Positions 15,600 through 27,654 of a DNA stretch of 64,000 nucleotides are shown in pieces. Position 1 is the first letter of the stretch; every line of letters begins with the position of its first letter. A model generated the notes under the pieces. That model did not search any database, had not been told where the DNA came from, and was given only the letters and a program-made list of their open reading frames with translations. Location: positions 32,922,001 through 32,986,000 of the forward strand of contig OX597837.1 of NCBI GenBank assembly GCA_951406725.2, written 5' to 3'. The stretch is from Octopus vulgaris. Taxonomy: Eukaryota. A program made the position numbers and the translations under genes.

Positions 15600-16850
15600 C
15601 ATCATCATTGTTGACATCGTTATCATTTAACGTCTGCTTTCCATGCTGGCATGGGTTAGATGGTTTCATGAAACTGGTAAGCTGGGGAGGTGGGGGAGCT
15701 GCGTCAGGTTCCAATCTGATTGGCATGGCATCTGCACTCGGATGCCCTTCCTAACGCCAACCACTCCAAGAGTATAATGTACCTTTTACGTGCCACCAGC
15801 AGAGGGGCCACTTTCATGACAACAGCATCAGCCAAGACTACAATTTTCACTTGGCTTCATGGGTGTTCTCAAATATAATAATAATAATAATCTTTTCTAC
15901 TCTTGGCACAAGGCCCGAAATTTTGGGGGAGGGGCCAGTCAATTAGATCGACCCCAGTATGTGACTAGTACTTAATTTTTCAATCCCGAAAGGATGAACT
16001 TCGCTGTAATTTGAACTCAGAATATAGCGACACGCAAAATACTGCTAAGCATTTTGTCCAGAGTGCTAACGTTTCTGCTAGCTTGCCACTTTAACAACAA
16101 CAACAATATTAATGATAATAATAATATTAATAATAATGGTTTCAAATTTTGGCACAAGGCCAGCAATTTCAGGGGAGGGGATAAATCGATTACATTACTG
16201 GAGCCTGGTGCAGCCTTCTGGCTTCCCAGATCCCCAGTCAAACTGTCCAACACATGCTAGCATGGACAATGGACGTTAAACGATGATGATGATGATGATG
16301 ATGATCAACCCCAGTACACAACTGGTACTTATTTTATCGACTCTGAAAGGGATGGAAGGTTGACTTTACCTTTCATCATTTTGGAGTTGATAAAATAAGT
16401 ACCAGTTGAATACTGGGGGTCGATGTATTAAACTTACCTGCCCCCCACCAAAATTGCTGGCCTTGTACCAATATTTGCAACCATTATTATTGGTTAATCA
16501 TGTGCTTCCTGGCTATGAGATTTCAGGTTCAGTCCCACAGTGTGGCAACCTTGGGCCGACCAGACTCTTGTGAATGGATTTAGTAGATGGAAACTGTAAG
16601 AAACCCATTGTGTGTGTGTGTATGTGTGTGTGTGTGTTGTCCCCCCCTCTCCGTTTGACAACTGATGTTGGTGTGTTTACGTCCCCCATAACTTAGTGGT
16701 TTGGCAAAATAGACCAATAGGATAAGTACTAGGCTTGCGAAAAGGAAAAAGAAGAGTACTGGGGTTCAGTCAATTGACTAAAGATTTTTTAAGGTGGTGG
16801 CCCAGCAAGGGCATGGGGGTCAAATGGCTGGGATAAATAAAAAGGGACGA
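15600..16850. mobile_element. Cluster of nested decayed family D, C and A fragments
   Basis: D (15600-15870, -), C variant (15890-16090, -), D tail (16195-16305, +), C pieces, and A (16495-16845, +). Confidence 0.65.
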
Positions 16851-16920
16851 AAATCACTTGCTATGTCTGTTCTTTCAAAGACATATGAAGTAAAAACAAA
16901 AATCCAGACTTAATACACAC

Positions 16921-17600
16921 ATGCACACACACGCTCATACTCTCTCTCTCTCTCACACACACACACACATCCATGCATCCTTCATACACACACACACGCA
17001 CATGCCCATGCATCCTTCTCATACACACACACGCACATGCACCCCCCCCATGTATTCTTCATATAAACACAAACATGCACACACCCCATGCATCCTTCAT
17101 ACACACACACACATGCACACACCCCATGCATCCTTTATACACACACACATGCCACACACACACACATGCACACACACACACATGCACACAAACACACATG
17201 CACACACCCCTATGCATCCTTCATACACACACATGCACACACCCCATGCATCCTTTATACACACACACATGCCACACACACATGCACACACACACACATG
17301 CACACACACACACATGCACACAAACACACATGCACACACCCCATGCATCCTTTATACACACACACATGCCACACACACATGCACACACACACACATGCAC
17401 ACACACACACATGCACACAAACACACATGCACACACCCCTATGCATCCTTCATACACACACATGCACACACCCCATGCATCCTTTATACACACACACATG
17501 CCACACACACATGCACACACACACACACATGCACACACACACACATGCACACAAACACACATGCACACACCCCTATGCATCCTTCATACACACACACACA
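16921..17600. repeat. Higher-order CA-rich minisatellite (ATGCATCCTT(T/C)ATAC(AC)n modules)
   Basis: Recurrent ccccatgcatcctttatac and ccctatgcatccttcatac modules. Confidence 0.85.
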
Positions 17601-18449
17601 TGTGAACATGTGTATGTGCATATAAGTACTTGCTGAGTGCATGTACGAATTAAAAAACTCCTTTACTCACAAAACCCGTAAGGAGTGTTAGCCACAGGAA
17701 AGGTATCCAGCTGTAAAACAATGCTTCTAACCCATACTAGCATAAAAAAAAACAGGTGTACAACAAATGAAGGAAAAGCTCTGGTAAAGCATTTGGGTAT
17801 TTAGTTACATCCCTTTACATCAAGGTCTACTTTGCTTGATTCCTCATCCTTTTGAGGTTGATAAAATAAAGTATCCATAATAAGCTTTAGTGGCATTAAC
17901 TGGTTAATATATCGCTTCTTTGAAAATTTCTGGTCCTGTGCCAATGTTAGAAATAAATATTATTAAGTCAACCCATAGCAAAGATTATTAATAAACCAGC
18001 ACCATATAATTTTGGCAAATTGATAAACCATTCAATCTTACTCAGGAATCTTAAGTGGGCTGTATCATATTCCTGCTTTTTTTTTTTAATATCAAATACC
18101 CTCTGGGAATTAAGAGTTGCCTCTGCTTAAAAATAGCTGTAATCATATTTTATAGGGTGTTCTTGTAGTTGTTGTTGTCGAGCCCCGATTTGGCCTTGAC
18201 TGAGAACGGTTACGATCAGAAATGTTTCCAGTCATAATGTTTGCGTCTTTTGCATAGCAAAAACCCCACATCATCATCGTCATCATCATCGTCATCATTT
18301 GATGTCCGTTTTTCATGCTGGCATGGGTTGGACGGCTTGGCAGGAGCTGGGAAGCGAGAGGACTGCACCAGACTTTGTGGGCTGCTCTGGCATGGTGTTT
18401 ATGGCTGGATGACCTTCTTAAAAACTTTACATTGCAATTTTACTTATCA

Positions 18450-18672
18450 CCTATTTCTTTATTACCCACAAGGGGCTAAACACAGAGGGGACAAACAAGG
18501 ACAGACATAGGTATTAAGTCGATTACATCGACCCCAGTGCGTAACTGGTACTTAATTTATCGACCCCGAAAGGATGAAAGGCAAAGTTGACCTCGGCGGA
18601 ATTTGAACTCACAACGTAACGCAGACGAAAAACCGCTAAGCATTTCGCCCGGCTTGCTAACGTTTCTGCCAG
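18450..18672 (-). mobile_element. SINE family C
   Basis: Reverse complement of the family C consensus, including the head. Confidence 0.85.
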
Positions 18673-19159
18673 TTAGTGCTCCCCCTCTCTAATTTACTTA
18701 CAGTGATCCACTGCACAGCGCCACCAGTCGCCATGTGGCACTGGAAAACCATAAGAGAACCAGTCTCTTCAATCAGCTCGCAGGACCACCTGCCTGGTGT
18801 CCATGACTGAAGATCAGAAAACTACTCCGAAATGTTTGCCTCTCACGGTCTGGGAAAATGGTGCTGTGACCTGATATAGATCCATACACACCATTTCTCA
18901 ACAAGTGAGATATATTCTCTGCAGTGAGCGGCTTGTTTCCCAGTTTGAACATGCATTAAGCATATTTGAACTGATAATAACATCACAGTTTTAGTGCTCC
19001 CCCTCTGTACTTTACTGAATGTATTGAGTGCTTTTTATGTGGTGTTGGCACAAGGGCTTTATACATCACACCATCATGGGTATTCTTTACATGGTCCCAA
19101 CACGGATGCTTTGCATTAGTGAATGTTTTGTTCCATTTTGTATATATACACATATTATG

Positions 19160-19214
<55 letters not shown>

Positions 19215-19216
<2 letters not shown>

Positions 19217-19570
19217 GTCGCCTTACCAGCACATGTGCCGGTGCATGTGAAAAACAATATTCAAGCGTGGTTGTTGCCAGTGCCGCCTGACTGGCTCCCG
19301 TGCAGGAGGCATGTAAAAACACCTTTTGAGCGTGACTGATGCTAGAGCCGCCTCACTGGTCCTCATGCCAGTGGCACATAAAAGCACCCACTACACTCTT
19401 GGAGTGGTTGCCTTTAGGAAGGGCATCCAACTGTAGAAACTTTGACAGATCAAATTGGAGCCTGTGTGACCTTCTGGCTCACCACTCCTCAGTCAAACCG
19501 TCCAACTCAGTCAAACCATCCAAACTGCCTGGGAAGCGGACGTTAAGCGACAACAATGATGACGATGATA
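19215..19570 (+). mobile_element. Family D retroposon, diverged
   Basis: AAAGCACCCACTACACTC...AGGAAGGGCATCC...GGACGTTAA followed by a GAT-like tail. Confidence 0.7.
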
Positions 19571-20033
19571 TATAAATGTATATATTGTGTGTGTGTGTCT
19601 GCGTGGATATATATACTGATGCGAATGGGTATTAGGAACTTTTAGCATGCTGAAGTCCATGGGGGGTGGGATCTGAGGTTTGGATGGAGTAGGGAGACAT
19701 TACAACCCCATTCCACCATCAATTCCATGAACTGTAAAGTTGTAGAACACTGTCCTGCTTCATACCCTGCCATTTCCAATATCATTTATGTGTGTGTGTC
19801 TATAGATATACATGTGTATATATATATATATAAATGTATATATGTATGTATATATATATATTTAATGTATATATATATATATCCAGTTTTGCTTTCCAAT
19901 TACTGACAAAATCTCTGGTGTTTGGTAAACAAACCACACCTAAATCAGAATTCTTCATGAAGCCGGGGTGGATGGGGGGGGGGGGCAGGGGTGGTAGGTT
20001 AAAAAGAAAACATGTATACATGCTTGCATGCAG

Positions 20034-20125
<92 letters not shown>

Positions 20126-20793
20126 TGTTTGGGGATATTCATGCTGTTTACAATGACAGTGGTGATGGTTGTCATCATTATTGTGATGGCGGTGGTGGTG
20201 GTGGTGGTGGTGGCAGATATCATTGTCGTCGTCATGGTGGTGGTGGTGGTGGTGGTAGTTGATGTTTTTATAGGTGGTTAATATTTTGTTTAGCTCCTTA
20301 GTAGGCCCTAATTGAGCAGAAGATCAAAAGCATTCCAGCCATGCCCACACCATTTTTTAAAAAATTTCAAACGTCGTGTACCTAGAAGTACATTATCTAA
20401 TGTATCAGAATATTTGCTTCTATTTTTTTTTGTTTTATTTGCAGGGGGTCTTTTATGAGAGATGTTTTTTGTTGGTGGTTGGGGACAGTTGTGTTGAAGT
20501 TTAGTCTTAGGCCAGCTTTGGTTCAACAGATCTTTGATCTAAAACTTTCCATCCATGACCATCCAGTCTTTTATCATTTTTCAGATGGTGGGCAGGCTTA
20601 GCTATGTGTTAAGAAACTTGCTTCCCAATCACATGGTTCCAGGTTCAGTCTCATTGTGTGATACCTTGGCAAATGTTTTCTATTATAGCTTTGGGCTAAC
20701 CAAAACCTTCAGGGTGGATTTGGCAGGCAGAAACTGAAAGAAGCCCATCGTATATATATATATATATATATATATTTTTTATTTTATAGAAGG

Positions 20794-20844
20794 AGCTTCT
20801 ACAGGACTAGAACTGTTTCATTCAGATGAAATCATCAGGAAGCT
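20794..20844 (-). ncRNA. Type I hammerhead ribozyme motif, mirror copy
   Basis: Reverse complement reads agcttc-CTGATGA-tttcatctgaat-GAAA-cagttctagtcct-GTA-gaagct. Confidence 0.7.
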
Positions 20845-20891
20845 TCCTGAAGATTTCATCTGAATGAAACAGTTCTAGTCCTGTAGAAGCT
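20841..20891 (+). ncRNA. Type I hammerhead ribozyme motif (Penelope-like element associated)
   Basis: Stem I agcttc/gaagct; core CTGAAGA 20847-20853; stem II ttc-atct-gaa; GAAA 20866-20869; stem III ACAG/CTGT; predicted GUA cleavage after 20885. Confidence 0.7.
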
Positions 20892-20973
20892 CCTTCTATA
20901 AAATAAATTACTTTACTCTGCCATGTATTGAGTACCTTATTTACTGTGGTTAACCCCGACTCAACCCGGGACC

Positions 20974-21019
<46 letters not shown>

Positions 21020-21119
21020 TAAATGAGGGTGAAAAATTTGATATTAGTTTAATAATACCATCAATTTAACACCAAGTGGCTTAGCACATAAAAACCAGGG
21101 ATACAATACAAATTTATAC

Positions 21120-21295
21120 ATAAATATGAGAGCGACCACTATGTGGTCTACTCTAGTGCTAAAAATAGATCCACTATGGTATAGCCACTAAAAAATTGTA
21201 TTTCTCCTTGGAAACAATTTTTTAGTGGCTATACCATAGTGGATCTATTTTTAGCACTAGAGTAGACCACATGGTGGTCGCTCTCTCATATTTAT
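21120..21295. repeat. Long inverted repeat (80-bp arms, 14-nt spacer) between (TA)n tracts
   Basis: 21120-21199 versus 21214-21295 are reverse complements apart from one substitution and a 2-nt indel. Confidence 0.9.
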
Positions 21296-21780
21296 ATATA
21301 TATATATATAGTTATGATATATTCTGTTAAGAACATAGTAGAGTACAGCATAAAGCTTGTCCACCTTCAGATTACATCCCGAGTTATCCCGTGGTAGTGA
21401 TATACATACTTCCAGGTTTGTGTTTGGGCATCTGTCGAGTGTGAATAGATAAATGAAAAAAATTTGGAGTCAACAAGAAGGGTTACAGTTGGACATTTAT
21501 TTTATAATCACTACAATTGTTTCCACATAACGTAGCTCTCCAGATGTGAAGGGACTTGGTTATGTAACTGTCTCTCTGCATTTTGTGATCTAATTGTGCT
21601 TCCTCAGGCGATATGTAAATATTGTCTCTGTAAGTTCAAAGTCCTCAGGTTCAAGGGCATCCTGTCTGTCTGTCTGTCATGGCCTGAATTTAGTAGTAGT
21701 CACTGACCCTATCAGTGTGTGTTGTCGCTGAAGGGCCATTGGTAAGCCTTCTTTGAATTAAGCATTCATTTTTGGTTGGT

Positions 21781-22135
21781 GGAGGCGCAATGGCCCAGTG
21801 GTTAGGGCAGCGGACTCGCGGTCATAGGATCGCGGTTTCGATTCCCAGACCGGGCGTTGTGAGTGTTTATTGAGCAAAAACACCTAAAGCTTCACGAGGC
21901 TCTGGCAGGGATGGTGGTGATCCCTGCTGTACTCTTTCACCACAACTTTCTCTCACTCTTACTTCCTGTTTCTGTTGTACTCTCTGTGTCACGCTGAATA
22001 TCCCCAAGAACTACGTTAAGGGTACACGTGTCTGTGGAGTGCTCAGTCACTTACACGTTAATTTCACGAGCAGGCTGTTCCGTTGATTCGGATCAACCGG
22101 AACCCTCATCGTCGTAACTGACAGAGTGCTTCCAT
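21781..22135 (+). mobile_element. SINE family B with a small internal deletion
   Basis: TSD catttttggttggt at 21767-21780 and 22139-22152. Confidence 0.9.
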
Positions 22136-22214
22136 CCCCATTTTTGGTTGGTTTGGGGATGTCTTTTAGTGAACAGTCAATGCAGGGAAACAGTTGCATA
22201 ATCAAGTACCTTCA

Positions 22215-22252
22215 CACCTGAAGAACTACGTTATGTGGAAACAATTGTAGTG
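22215..22252 (+). ncRNA. Minimal type I hammerhead motif with palindromic stem III
   Basis: cac-CTGAAGA-actacgttatgtg-GAAA-CAATTG-TA-gtg; stems I and II are short. Confidence 0.55.
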
Positions 22253-22854
22253 ATTAAAAAGTAAATGTCCAACAGTATCCCTTCTTGTTGACTCCAACAT
22301 TTTGTCAATTATATATGGTGTGTGTGTGTGTGTGTGTGTGTATTTGTCCACTGCAACTGTTTGATAACCAGTGTTGGTGTGTTTACATCCCTGTAGCCCA
22401 GTAGTTTTCGCAAAAGATACTGATAGAATAAGCACCATTCTTAAAAAAAGCAAAAAAGCACTTGTGGTCAATATATTCGACTAAAAATTCTTCGAGTGGT
22501 GCCCCAGCATCAAATGTGACTGAAACAAGTGAAAGATAAATGAAAAGACAGTGATGGATAAACTGCAGTTGTGGGATTTTCTAAACGGTACACCTAAATA
22601 AAAAACTACCTTGGATTTTTTTTTTTATTTTTTAGTAGTATGGCCCACCTGATGATGAGCAATGTGTCACATGTGGCCCACATCTTGAAAAAGGCTGCTC
22701 ATGTAACCTTATGTGATACATCCTTTCTTTTTTAAGACAGTAAGAATTTAAATTAAGGGAGATTTGACTGCTTTTTCTTGTAGGTCAATCACTCATCTGG
22801 AGATTCTCTTGTATGTTCAGTATTGCTGTTATTGTTGTTGTTGTTTAGCAACAC

Positions 22855-23068
22855 GGGGCTAAACATAGAGGGGACAAACAAGGACAGACAAAGGGATTAA
22901 GTCGATTACATCGACCCCAGTGCGTAACTGGTACTTAATTTATCGACTTCGAAAGGATGAAAGGCAAAGTCAACCTCGGCGGAATTTGAACTCAGAACAT
23001 AACAGCAGACGAAATACCGCTAAGCATTTTTGATCAGTGTGCTAACATTTCTGCCAGCTCGCTGCCTT
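22855..23068 (-). mobile_element. SINE family C
   Basis: Reverse complement of the consensus. Confidence 0.8.
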
Positions 23069-23744
23069 TAACTGCTATTTCTAGCTTGTAAAGATGCTGT
23101 TGTTGTCTTAACTTATTAATATCATTGTTGTTTAACCCCAGGTCAGCTCTAATCCAGCCAAACTATGATCAAAAAGCATTCCATAGCAACATGTAATCCT
23201 TTTCTTTTCTTTCTTTTTTTATTCATCTTTATTTATCTAAGATTACATTATCCAATTGAATCTTGTTTTAACAGTGCACAGTGATATCTGAGGGAGACTT
23301 GACTGCTATTTCTTGCAGTATGAGCAACCATGTGCAAGTTTAGATCAGTCATTATTATTGATGGTCGTGGTAGCGGTGGTGGTGGTATTGTCAATGTTAT
23401 TGTTGTTGTTGTTGGTGGTGGTGGTGATGGTGTTGGTTTTGTCAATGCTACTGTGATAGTAGTGGTGGCGCCAATAGTTTTGTTGATCATGGTGGTGGTA
23501 GTGGTGGTGGTGGTGGTGGTAGTGGTGGTGGTAGTGGTGGTGGTGGTGGTATTGTTCTTGATGCTCTTATTGACTCCGAGAGAGTTGGTGAGGGCAATAT
23601 TGATGGTGGCGTCAGTGGTGGTGCTACACTTGTTGTTGTTGTTGTTGTCAGTGGTGGTGGTGGTCATGATGGTAAAACTGTTGATGTTATTGTTGGTAGT
23701 AGACGTAGTGGTGGTGGTGGTGTTGATGTTATTGTCTATAGGAA

Positions 23745-24572
23745 GTGGTAGTTGTGGTGGTGATGTGGTGGTGGTGGTGGTGGTGGTGATGTGGTGGTGG
23801 TGGTAGTTGTGGTGGTGATGTGGTGGTGGTGGTGGTAGTTGTGGTGGTGATGTGGTGGTGGTGGTAGTTGCGGTGGTGATGTGGTGGTGGTGGTGGTGGT
23901 GGTAGTTGTGGTGGTGGTGTGGTGGTGGTGGTGGTGGTGGTTGTTGTGTGGTGATGTGGTGGTGGTGGTGGTGGTGGTGGTAGTTGTGGTGGTGGTGTGG
24001 TGGTGGTGGTGGTGGTGGTGGTAGTTGTGGTGGTGTTGTGGTGGTGGTAGTTGTGGTGGTGATGTGGTGGTGGTGGTGGTGGTAGTAGTGGTGGTGATGT
24101 GGTGGTGGTGGTGGTAGTTGTGGTGGTGATGTGGTGGTGGTGGTGGTGGTGATGTGGTGGTGGTGGTAGTTGTGGTGGTGATGTGGTGGTGGTGGTGGTG
24201 GTGGTAGTTGTGGTGGTGATGTGGTGGTGGTAGTGGTGGTGGTGATGTGGTGGTGGTGGTGGTGGTGGTAGTAGTGGTGGTGATGTGGTGGTGGTGGTGG
24301 TAGTTGTGGTGGTGATGTGGTGGTGGTGGTAGTTGCGGTGGTGATGTGGTGGTGGTGGTGGTGGTGGTGGTGATGTGGTGGTGGTAGTGGTGGTGGTAGT
24401 TGTGGTGGTGATGTGGTGGTGGTAGTGGTGGTGGTGGTGGTAGTTGTGGTGGTGATGTGGTGGTGGTGGTGGTGGTGATGTGGTGGTGGTGGTAGTTGTG
24501 GTGGTGATGTGGTGGTGGTGGTGGTGGTGGTAGTTGTGGTGGTGATGTGGTGGTGGTAGTGGTGGTGGTGGT
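23745..24572. repeat. (GGT)n tract punctuated by GATGT and AGTTGT variants
   Basis: Visible directly. Confidence 0.95.
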
Positions 24573-25035
24573 GCTCCTTGTGTTATTGTTGCTACTCGTG
24601 GAAGACATGGCAGTACTGCTTCTAGTGTTGTTGTTGTTGTTGTTGTTGTTGTTAGTGGTTGTATTTGTTATGTTGTTGTTGTGATTTGGGTGGTAGTGGT
24701 GGTGGTGGTAGTGGTGATGTTCGTTGCAACTAAAGCATTCCTTTACCAGAGACATTGTGCGCAACTGCGACTGTTGTTGTTGCTGCTTTTGATGTCGACA
24801 ACAACGACAACAACAACAGCACCATTTCATTTATTTCGTTATTTGTCTGGGGTTTTTTTTGTGTTTTTTTTTTTTACGACATTTCTTTCCTTCCTTCTTG
24901 TAATATTTCTGTAGACATGATTCAAATTGACCAACCGTGTTACCTACCTTCCTCATTCTTTACCATTTTTTTGCATCATTTCCATCCAACTTCCTTTCGT
25001 TCTTCGAATAACCTGCAATGTTTTCCTTTCTTCAA

Positions 25036-25070
25036 CCTAACCCTAACCCTAACCCTAACCCTAACCCTAA
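25036..25070. repeat. Short interstitial telomere-type repeat (CCCTAA)5-6
   Basis: cctaa followed by ccctaa x5. Confidence 0.9.
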
Positions 25071-25435
25071 AATAAAATTTTTAAATTCATTTTTTTTTTG
25101 TCTTCTTTTTCCTCTGTGGTTTTTAGAAATTTTGCATTTCTACTCAGTTACTTGGATATTTTAGGTACACAAACATCACCCACCCACCCACCCACCCACA
25201 CGACATATGTCATGTCGAATCAGAGCCGGGTACTTCATGTACCCAGCGCAAACCAGAAGAAGCATTTCTAAATGAACAAAGTAAACATAAAACTGAAATT
25301 TTGCTTTGTAATCATGGATATATATTTGTGTGTGTGTGTGTGTTTGTTTATATTTATGTGTATATATGTATGTATATCCGTGTATTTCTGTATATGTATG
25401 TATGTGTATAAGCCTGAATGTATGTTCATATATAC

Positions 25436-25472
<37 letters not shown>

Positions 25473-25513
25473 CATACATACATACATACATACATACATA
25501 CATACATGCATAC

Positions 25514-25577
<64 letters not shown>

Positions 25578-26289
25578 TCGTGTGTGTGTGTATGTGTGTT
25601 TATATTTTTTTGTGTCTATATGTATGTATATCTGTGTATTTGTGTATATGTGTGTATATAAGCATGAATGTGCATTCATATACATATACATATATATATA
25701 TATTTGTGTTTGTGTGTGTGTAAGTGTGTGTTTATATTTGTTTATGTGTCTATATGCATGTATATCTGTGTATTTGTGTATATGTATGTGTATAAGCATG
25801 AATGCGTGTTCATTTATACATACGTACATACATTCATACATATATATAAATGTGCGTATGTGTGTGCATGCATGTATATATGTATGCATACATGCATATA
25901 TGTATGTGTATATATATATATATATATATATCAAACTATGTATACCTGTATAGATAGGTACATGCATGTAGATATATATACGTGTGTATGTATGTATGTG
26001 TGTTTATGTTCATGCACACACGCGCGCACATACACACACGCACACATATTCCAAAGTCTTTAGCTTCAGTAGTTTCTCAGATGCCTGAGATACCAGGATT
26101 GATACTGAAAGAAGCCAACAACCCAGCAAGCAAGTATACACTATGAAAACAATGGCACCTAATTTTTCACTGGTTAGTAATGCTAAATAGATTTGGGGAA
26201 TGATATACTACCTATACCATTGAAACCTCTATGAATGCATGCAATATGCAAGAAATAGCAGTCTAATCTTCAAAGTACAACACCTTTAT

Positions 26290-27204
26290 GGTGACCAATT
26301 CATTACCTTAAGCAAGGACAAGACCACACATTAGATAACTTGTTCCTACATACAGTTGAAAAGGTGAGGTGATCATGGAAAGAATACCTTTAATCATACA
26401 TCTGTGTGATTAGAATTGACCTGAGGCTGCTATTCTAGTGCCTCCAATGGTCAAGATTGACCATGCCCTTACGGTGACCAATTCATTACCTTAAGCAAGG
26501 ACAAGACCACACATTAGATAACTTGTTCCTACATACAATTGAAAAGGTGAGGTGATCATGGAAAGAATACCTTTAATTATACATCTGTGTGATTAGAATT
26601 GACCTGAGGCTGCTATTCTAGTGCCTCCAATGGTCAAGATTGACCATGCCCTTACGGTGACCAATTCATTACCTTAAGCAAGGACAAGACCACATATTAG
26701 ATAACTTGTTCCTACATACAGTTGAAAAGGTGAGGTGATCATGAAAAGAATACCTTTAATCATACATCTGTGTGATTAGAATTGACCTGAGGCTGCTATT
26801 CTAGTGCCTCCAATTGTCAAGATTGACCATGCCCTTACGGTGACCAATTCATTACCTTAAGCAAGGACAAGACCACACATTAGATAACTTGTTCCTACAT
26901 ACAGTTGAAAAGGTGAGGTGATCATGGAAAGAATACCCTTAATCATACATCTGTTATATTAGAACTGACCTGAGGCTGCTATTCTAGTGCCTCCAATGGT
27001 CAAGATTGACCATGCCCTTACGGTGACCAATTCATTACCTTAAGCAAGGACAAGACCACACATTAGATAACTTGTTCCTACATACAGTTGAAAAGGTGAG
27101 GTGATCATGGAAAGAATACCTTTAATCATACATCTGTGTGATTAGAATTGACCTGAGGCTGCTATTCTAGTGCCTCCAATGGTCAAGATTGACCATGCCC
27201 TTAC
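26290..27204. repeat. Tandem array, 183-bp unit, 5 near-identical copies
   Basis: ggtgaccaattcattacc at 26290, 26473, 26656, 26839 and 27022. Confidence 0.95.
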
Positions 27205-27654
27205 ATATGTGTAGGCAGGCTAGGATAAAATTCTTTGACACAGACAAGTAGTCATCCATGCATGGAAGTTTCTGTCTTCGCCTCACCACGAGAAAGACTG
27301 TCAACTTGGGCCAATATGACTTGGCACTAGTTTCATCATAAGGCTGGAACAGACATTACAATGCATCTCTGCTTAACCTTCTAACAGTTCCATCAATTTA
27401 TTACTGCTCTGGATTGGTAGTTCAGCCCCCAAAACAATGAAATACAAGGTCGACCTTCATAGGATTTGAACTCAGAACACTCAGAGTCATAACAAATACC
27501 ATAAAACATCCTGCCTAACACTCTAACAATTTGTTTTAGTCACCCATACCCCCCCTCTTTCTTGAATAGTGGATGGAGAAGAAGGATGGCTGGATGAAAG
27601 GACGTTTCTAATATCAATCGAGCAAAAGACAAATTCTTGAAGTTTGCAAATGAT

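Larger units (their letters stand above)
21466..22295. mobile_element. Element bounded by ~117-bp diverged inverted repeats containing hammerhead motifs (Penelope-like pLTR pair)
   Basis: 21466-21582 is roughly the reverse complement of 22179-22295. The right arm has an intact core CTGAAGA...GAAACAATTGTA; the left arm core reads CTGGAGA. Confidence 0.65.
20590..22540 (+). mobile_element. SINE family A split at its internal microsatellite by ~1.55 kb of nested insertions
   Basis: The 5' half ends GAAAGAAGCCCATCG(TA)n at ~20750. The 3' half resumes with (TG)n...GTGTTTACATCCC...GACTGAAACAAGT at 22320-22540. Joining the halves into one element is an inference. Confidence 0.7.

Noticed and set aside
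18700-18960. Possible mariner N-terminal HTH fragment on the minus strand (MFKLGNK...AENI)
   Set aside because: Similarity is too weak and frameshifted to support without a search.
23248-24830. Minus-strand polyQ/H/N/T/P ORFs (364 aa and 139 aa)
   Set aside because: Dominated by (ACC)n, the two ORFs are not contiguous, and there is no recognisable domain. Cannot be fully excluded without RNA data.
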